From contig OZ024742.1 in the NCBI GenBank assembly GCA_964016885.1, positions 122,264,001 through 122,328,000 of the forward strand: 64,000 nt of DNA, given 5' to 3'. The notes below the pieces were generated by a model, which worked only from the letters and a program-made list of their open reading frames with translations, had not been told where the DNA came from and made no database searches. Origin of the DNA: Eledone cirrhosa (taxonomy: Eukaryota). This document shows, in pieces, positions 56,950 through 64,000 of this stretch (positions within the stretch are counted from its first letter, which is position 1; each line of letters starts with the position of its first letter). A program made the translations under genes and the position numbers.

Positions 56950-59565
56950 GTGGAGAAGTAAAATACAGGAGAACAGACCGTTAAAACATGTTTATTTAAA
57001 ATAGCACCTACGTACGTTTCGCCTGAATGGGCTTCTCAAGGGCATAATAACTAAAAAGCGTTCCTTACCTGACCCGGAATGGGTTTTTAGAGATAAGTTC
57101 AGGTCAGAGTTCATTCTTCGTAAAAAAACATGTTTTGATTTTGCAGTAGGTCAAGGAAGATGACTCTGCACGGTGTTAGGGCAGTCTTTTCGGGACAAAT
57201 TTTTTATCCGATACAATCATGGGGTTACTAACTTACCATTGCCGATACGCACAGGGTCAAATATGCAACGTTTGTTTCGAGACGTTTGTTTGCTGCCCTG
57301 CCCACCTGGATCAATTCATGCAGGGTATGGGATGCATGGTTAGTTTCCGGATGTTTTTAGCAGCGCCTGCCGGCCGGGGTGTTAAAGCTTGGTGCAGGGA
57401 GACCAGTTTAGGGTTTCACTCTTCCTTCTTATTCCATCTGAAGTAGGATATTTTTAAGCGGTGTGTACAACCCATCGTCGTTTCAGCTCTGCTGTTGATG
57501 AGCTCGTGGGGGTGCTGTTACGATGTGGTAGAGCTCTATGAGGCAAAGCTCGCACTTCCTCTTGAATTTGTACGGTGCAGCCCTGCCGACAATTTCCCAG
57601 TGCGTGGAGAGGCTGATGTTTCAGTCTTTTAATGCTGTGATGTAGTTCGCGTGCGAAGTCGAGTGTCTTCAGAATGGAGATGTGTTCGAAATCTAATTTT
57701 GAACGGGCCAAACGTAGCCCCTATACAATGTTTAACGCTATGATGGCTAGTTACGGTGCACCTATATATAACCCTATCAGTCAAGCAGTTTCCCCTAAGG
57801 GGGCAATGTCCCCTGTCGTGGCAGTTGCAATTTCGGTCGCGGTCCCTTCTAGCTCCCACGGTAAGGTTATTATTATTGCTATCTACGTTGTTACCTACGC
57901 TCCCACATCTGTCATTAGCACCATTATAACCCACTGTGCGCGGGGTGGTACCATTATTAATCCGCACGCAGCAGCGTTTTCCGTTGCTGCCAGGTGACCC
58001 GTGCGGGTCACCTGCATATACCCCAGTCATGTCGCGGTTATATTGGTTGTGTCTGTAGAGGCTGTTGCCAACACTATTGGATGCTGCTAGGGAGTCGTTA
58101 AGGCTGATATAGTTGTTGTCAGGTGTATGTGCGTCTGTGCTAAGGTGCTGTGTCTTGGTGATCTTACTGTGATTTGTTGTTCCTATGATGTCTGCTAGCT
58201 TAGGTGTAGTAGAGAGGGATATTTTTATATTGTTCCTATTAAGGATTTTCCTATACCTATGGTTGGGTGGGAAGTTCTTCTCTAAGGCTTCGAAGAATAT
58301 CCGGGGTATGTCGGAGGCCACACTCCGAGAGTGGGGGGTGGAACCATAGGGCGTTACGGTGGCGATTACGTGTCTTAGTACGTTTGCTACGGGTAGTGCT
58401 ATCAGGGTGACCGTTCTTATGCATGTTAATGCGCTGTAGCCCGTTACGTGTCCCTTTCGCTTTATGCTCGGGTGCACTCTTCTTCCTTCTGCGATGTTTA
58501 TGCATAGGAAGATGCTGGTTGGAAGGCGTTGGTAGTAGGCCGTTGGCTTTGTTGATTTTATAGTAGGGGAATAATTCAAGTAGGCTACAGTGGTCACTGT
58601 CACCGGGGTCGTGATATTTAGTGTGTGGTAAACTACCTATACTATCGCCAGTGTAATTAACATTGTGACCGTGTTGCTTAGTACGATTTTCTATACTATT
58701 ACATCCGACCCCTTCGAAGTCGCCGCGTGATCGGTTATAGGTGTGGCTTACTATAACATTAGTCTTATGAGAGGGGTGGTTTCTGGAGCTAGCATTAGGG
58801 ATGTAGGAGATTACTCGGTTAAAACCGGCGCTTATCAAGGCCCTATTGTGGTAATCTGCCGCTTGGTTGAAGATATCCTTATTGGCGGACAGCCTGGAGA
58901 TCCTATGTGAGATGCTATAGACAATGGAGTTGAGAGTCTGCTTAGGGTGGTTGGAGGCATAATTAATATAAGAAAGGCTCTCTCCAGGCTTATGGTATGG
59001 CTTGTATAGGCCCGTACTCAACTCCAGGAAGTGGTTGAGGTCTATAGTTACGGATAGGCCGTATGACTTGAAGAACCTGTGTATGGGCTTGTTAAGGTTC
59101 TCTATTATACGAGGGCTATGGTTCCTAACGGTAAACAGGGTGTCGTCCCTATATACACCTCCTTGTAGGGCCGGTATCTCATCTCTAAGCTCACGGAGGA
59201 GGTGTATTCCGACCAGGTCGGCTGTTTGCGCCGATTCGCTGGACTACATCATGATATCGAAGTTATCAGGACGGTTGGTTCTGGTCCAGTGGTAGCCTTC
59301 GAACTGGATAATGGTTCTACGCGCCGCTAGATCTATGTCTATTTCTTTTTTAGTGAGGCTAGTGTTAGATTTAGCTAATATGAGTGCCTTATTTAAGAGT
59401 ATGGGGGGAGATAGAGACGTAGTAACTATCTATGTCAAACTGGATGAACTTCAGGGTCGTTTTATCAGGCAACTCGGTGAACCAATCTATGACCTGGTCG
59501 GTGTTGCTCCAGAGGCGGAGCTTAGCCTTTCTATTAAGCTCCAGTAGTACTCTATCTATCTCTAT
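56950..59565 (-). mobile_element. Naiad-type PLE copy 4, longest coding remnant (RT, thumb, EN, 3' pLTR), frameshifted
   Basis: LWSNTDQVIDWF..FIQFDIDSYY, FDIMM*SSESAQTADLVG, GVYRDD (YRDD at 59142-59153), YASNHP, RNALWFHPP, CNCHDRGHCPLRGNCLTDRVIYRC, CELCLIE. HHR at 57004-57043. Confidence 0.92.
57004..57043 (-). ncRNA. Minimal type I hammerhead, U3-A8 variant
   Basis: GCCC-UUGAGAA-GCC-CAUUCA-GGC-GAAA-CGUACG-UA-GGUGC. Confidence 0.8.
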
Positions 59566-60446
59566 ATATATATACAATATTTAAGTATCGAGAGAGAGAG
59601 AAGAAGAGATAAGCGATACATATAGTTAGGTGCCGATAGCTTGTGCATATATGCTCAATACTTGTGCCTACAGGTTTAAATATTAGAAGCGTTAATATTT
59701 AGCGGGCGAGAATATAAGCAGAGCGGTTACAAGTGAAATTAATACAAAGGAGAAGATACGGTTAAAACATGTTTATATAAGAAAGCAACTACGTACATTT
59801 CGCTCGAAAAGGGCTTCTCAAGGGCATATAAGACTAAAAAGTGTTCAGTACATGAACGGGGAGGTTAAAGCCACATCAAAGGTCATTCTTCGTTCAGACA
59901 CATCTGTTGTTTTTGCCACAGAGCAAGGGGAGTAACTCTGGCCGGTGTTTGAATAATGTTCCCCAAACTACTCATACCCGTTCACATGACGGTGTTTTCC
60001 CATCACTAGTTTGTGGGTGGTGCTTTACTATTGTCGAGTCGAGCAGAGTCTGGGATGCATAGTTGATTTACAACACATGTGTCTGAACGAAGAATGAACT
60101 TTGATGTAGTTTTAACCTTAAAATCCCTCCCGTGTCATGTACTGAACATTTTTTAGTCTTCTATGCCCTTGAGAAGCCCTTTCCGGGCGAAACGTACGTA
60201 GGTGCTTTCTTATATAAACATGTTTTAACCGTATCTTCTCCTTTGTATTCATTTCACTTGTAACCGCTCTGCTTATATTCTCGCCCGCTAAATATTAACG
60301 CTGCTAATATTTAAACCTGTAGGCACAAGTATTGAGCATATATGCACAAGCTATCGGCACCTAACTATATGTATCGCTTATCTCTTCTTCTCTCTCTCGA
60401 TACTTAAATATTGTATATATATAGAGAGATAGATAGAGTACTACTG
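59542..60446. mobile_element. Fold-back pLTR pair at the 5' end of Naiad copy 4 (arms ~59542-59902 and ~60077-60446)
   Basis: ~360-bp inverted repeat related to 56955-57130. HHR motifs at 59785-59825 (-) and 60165-60205 (+). Confidence 0.88.
60165..60205 (+). ncRNA. Minimal type I hammerhead, U3-A8 variant
   Basis: GCCC-UUGAGAA-GCCC-UUUCC-GGGC-GAAA-CGUACG-UA-GGUGC. Confidence 0.82.
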
Positions 60447-60736
60447 ACATAAAAAGTTTTGGATGGCCGTTGACTCTTATGAGTTCTTCCACCCTTTGTC
60501 AGGTTTTGTTTTCTGTCCTGCTGAGTGTCCAAAATCACCCACCTCACCAAGTAAACTTGGTAGGTTTGCCGGTTTAATCGCCGACGACTCGACCATGCGA
60601 CAGGTTGTACTGGGTTACATGTTACCAGCAGCACTCAAGAGTGACCCGATATATATATATATATACATACATACATACATATACATATATATACATACAT
60701 ATATATATATATGCATATATATATATATTCATACAT

Positions 60737-60823
<87 letters not shown>

Positions 60824-60829
<6 letters not shown>

Positions 60830-61025
60830 TATGTATACGTACATACATATATGTATACAGACGTACAGTAGTATGTATATATATATACATACATGCACAC
60901 ATGTATTATAATAGATGTTCGCTGAATCCATATGTACACATATATGTGTGTGCATGTATGTATATATATATATACATACTACTGTACGTCTGTATACATA
61001 TATGTATGTGCGTATAAATACTTAT
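60824..61025. repeat. Inverted repeat of low-complexity sequence (arms ~60824-60901 and ~60948-61025)
   Basis: GTATACAGACGTACAGTAGTATG versus CATACTACTGTACGTCTGTATAC. Confidence 0.8.
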
Positions 61026-61080
61026 ATTTAAGTAGCAGCCGTACTAAGAGTGAGAAATGAAATTTCGTTTCATTTTTTCC

Positions 61081-61147
<67 letters not shown>

Positions 61148-61441
61148 ACCACATTGGCTTACGATTGGATAATACTTGTGTCCCTATATGTATTTTTTAC
61201 ACGTAGGAACACATACTTTATTATTATTAATCCCCCCTAAGGTTGAGATAACATTTTGGTCGTTTGAACTGCTTCTATTTCTTGTGGCAGGACATTGACC
61301 TGTCCGCCCCTGCCTTTTGTCTTCACACACGGCACTAGACGAAATTGGTTCCTTCCTCATTCACTCTCATCCGGGAACAGTTTTGTATGGCGCCAGTTTG
61401 TGATTTGAACTCGGAAATGTTATATTCTCCGAGTGAGAAGA

Positions 61442-61527
61442 ACCATATGATGAGTATCCTCTTCTCAATAGTGGTCCGCCTGGATTATCCATTTATTTTG
61501 GGATTTGAAACCGCGCGGTAAGGGTAC
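61442..61527 (+). ncRNA. Degenerate hammerhead motif (C3 to A) with 8-nt palindromic stem III
   Basis: ACCAU-AUGAUGA-GUAUCC...GGAUUU-GAAA-CCGCGCGG-UA-AGGGU. Confidence 0.5.
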
Positions 61528-62427
61528 ATATAGTAAATACAACGAACGTTTTAAAATTTCTTTTAAAACTTTTTCTCTATTTGCTAAACCTTGATCTTAT
61601 ATATATATATCTCCTCTTCCGACCACCACTTCATGGATTACCCACACGCAGAATTTGACTTACAACCAATCTACTAAACATCCTTGGAACTTACCAACTT
61701 TTCAACCATCCTCTTGCGTAATCACCTATACAACTCACCCGCAAACACACCCACAAACAATTTTTTTTCTCCACACGCCACACACACCTACAACACGCTT
61801 AAAACCCCCACACACGTGCTTCCCACCACATATTTACACCCTCAGCCTCCTGATTCCTCTCCCCCCACCCCCTATCCACACACGCACAGACACTCCGACC
61901 CCCCCCCCCCCACACACACCTCTTCCTGAACATGCAACCCCGTTTTTCCCCCAACCCTTACTTTCACATACACACACACACACGCACACCTACACACACA
62001 CACCACCTTCAGCCCTCCCCGCTCGGACACCCCGTCTCCCTCTCCCCACTCCACCCGCCACCACCCCTACTCACCCCACACCCTTCCACCACCTGTTTAC
62101 CCCCCTTTTAATTTCAGTTTATTTTGATCATGCCTTTATTTTTAAATTTTCTCATTCCTTGTATTTTGATCATGCTTTATTTTTATTTTTTATCTTTATT
62201 TGTTTTTTTTCATTCGCACCGTTTCCTTTCGCTATATGTCTCTCCACCTCTCCCCTACACACCTTTTGAACTCTGTTCCCATACACTTCTCACCTGAGGA
62301 AGGGCTTATGCCCGAAACGTCGTCCCCCACCTACCCCCCACTCTCCTGAGCGTGAAATTAATAAACATTTATTGTACTGCCTCTCAGGTTTGTCCCTGTT
62401 CAAATTTTTCCATTATATATATATATA

Positions 62428-62465
<38 letters not shown>

Positions 62466-62996
62466 TATATAAAATATATGAGTCATACATCTATATACTG
62501 ACTACTTGTACATCAATCACAAAATTGTTGGTTGTATAAACAGATCATTATAGCGAGTCTATTAGAGTATGTCTTAATAATATAAAAAAAAATCAAGTGC
62601 AGGTGGTATCAGGATGTTAGGTACATAAGCACTCAAACGCCATTTTAAATAAATATATGTTCTAATATATTATAGAGCCATAAGCATTGACACTTTTATA
62701 CTTAGATATAAACAATATTGTTGAATATGATTCCCCAGTCGACCTGAAAAAGAGGTTAATTAACATTTCATCACACACAGGAAGACACAGATACATATAC
62801 ATACATATATACAAATACACATGTAGAAAGTCACATCCGCGCGCGCGCACACGCACACAAATACACACACGCCCCCATTCCGCCCATATATATAAGGAAA
62901 ATATCGATACATAAAAATATCGACTTGTTGACCCCTCAATGCAAAAGGCGTTAAAATTACCAACAGAGGGACCTCCATAGATATTTGTATTGATAC

Positions 62997-63110
<114 letters not shown>

Positions 63111-63699
63111 GTGTGTGTGTATATATATATATAATACACCTGATTTTGTATCATGATTAAGACATAGTAGGTCTGTGAAATGTGACACAAAATTTATCCT
63201 CTTCAGATCCATGTAACTGTTTCTTTTAACATATCGAACAAAGTATTTGTAATTTACCTATATCTTTCCATCGGCTATTATCTCTCTAATCTGGCTTTCT
63301 TTTCTATACGAGATATTTCAATATTGTCTTACAGAACCTACTAAATCATAGCCTACAATTTAAATCCTGTTTCTACATAATTTTTTTTTGTTTTCTTATT
63401 TCAAACATTCAACTTCTTTCCTTATATAGTGCCATACAAATATTTATGAGCTCCTAATGTTTTTATAGGTAAACACAAAATGAATATATAATATTGTCAT
63501 AAATTGTTCTAGATTCGTCTTCAGAAATTTATTATTGATATTTTTTTAATAATTTATGCCCGAAATTCATTACATCTAGCGTTATAAATATTTAACTTCA
63601 TGAAACATGTTGTTTAGCGTTTTCCTTTGCATAGTCGTCTTTGTTTTATATATATCTCCTTACAAGCCTTCGTAAATCTGAATCCCAGGCGTTAGTTTC

Positions 63700-64000
63700 C
63701 GAGGTAGTAGGTTTATTTAATTTAGCAGTGTTGAGGTTGGCTATATTCGTAGCTAAGTTAGGTGTAGGGAGAGGAGAGTGTTATTGCATTCTTAATGAAA
63801 AAAATAGTGTCGTACCTAAGTTTTGTGGAGAATTGTTTATTCAGCAATTTGAAGTAAGTCCTAGCTATTGGTGTAGATACCTCTTGGTTGAAGGGGTGGG
63901 GAGGTTGTACCAACTAATTTGCCTATGTCTATTTCTCCTAAGTGGTCTAGGGGTGTTTTCTAGTTAGGTAATGTTTTCTTTAAAGCTACTGCCGGTAAGA
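63700..64000 (-). mobile_element. Decayed Naiad-type PLE fragment (copy 7, thumb/linker region) running off the window
   Basis: RRNRHRQISWYN, then after a frameshift PFNQEVSTPIARTYFKLLNKQF, and PTPNLATNIANLN. These parallel RNIIWFAPPFS..IAKLFFKALDNRF in copy 3. Confidence 0.75.

Overview
This is gene-poor, AT-rich eukaryotic DNA saturated with (TA)n/(CA)n/(GA)n microsatellites. The tRNA-SINE and repeat content looks like an octopus/cephalopod genome, but that assignment is inference. I can support no host protein-coding gene, and most ORFs in the track are microsatellite translations. The window is a nested graveyard of Penelope-like retroelements (PLEs): at least seven Naiad-type fragments (RT YRDD, CxCx5C(P/S)x4C linker, C-terminal GIY-YIG-like endonuclease) and one Neptune-like fragment. 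It also holds a Helitron RepHel remnant, R4/Dong-, RTE- and CRE-like LINE remnants, tRNA-derived SINEs, a hAT-Charlie MITE and a tRNA-Thr pseudogene. The main hidden signal, read by eye, is more than 25 type I hammerhead ribozyme (HHR) motifs from many sequence-unrelated families. These include three families with a U3-A8 core (UUGAnAA) and several with 50-100 nt domains inserted in stem II. Many sit in short non-coding fold-back or partial-tandem cassettes bounded by (TA)n, consistent with a community of ribozyme-bearing, microsatellite-targeting, non-autonomous retroelements (retrozyme-like) mobilised by Naiad PLEs. All structures were folded by hand and none has been tested.
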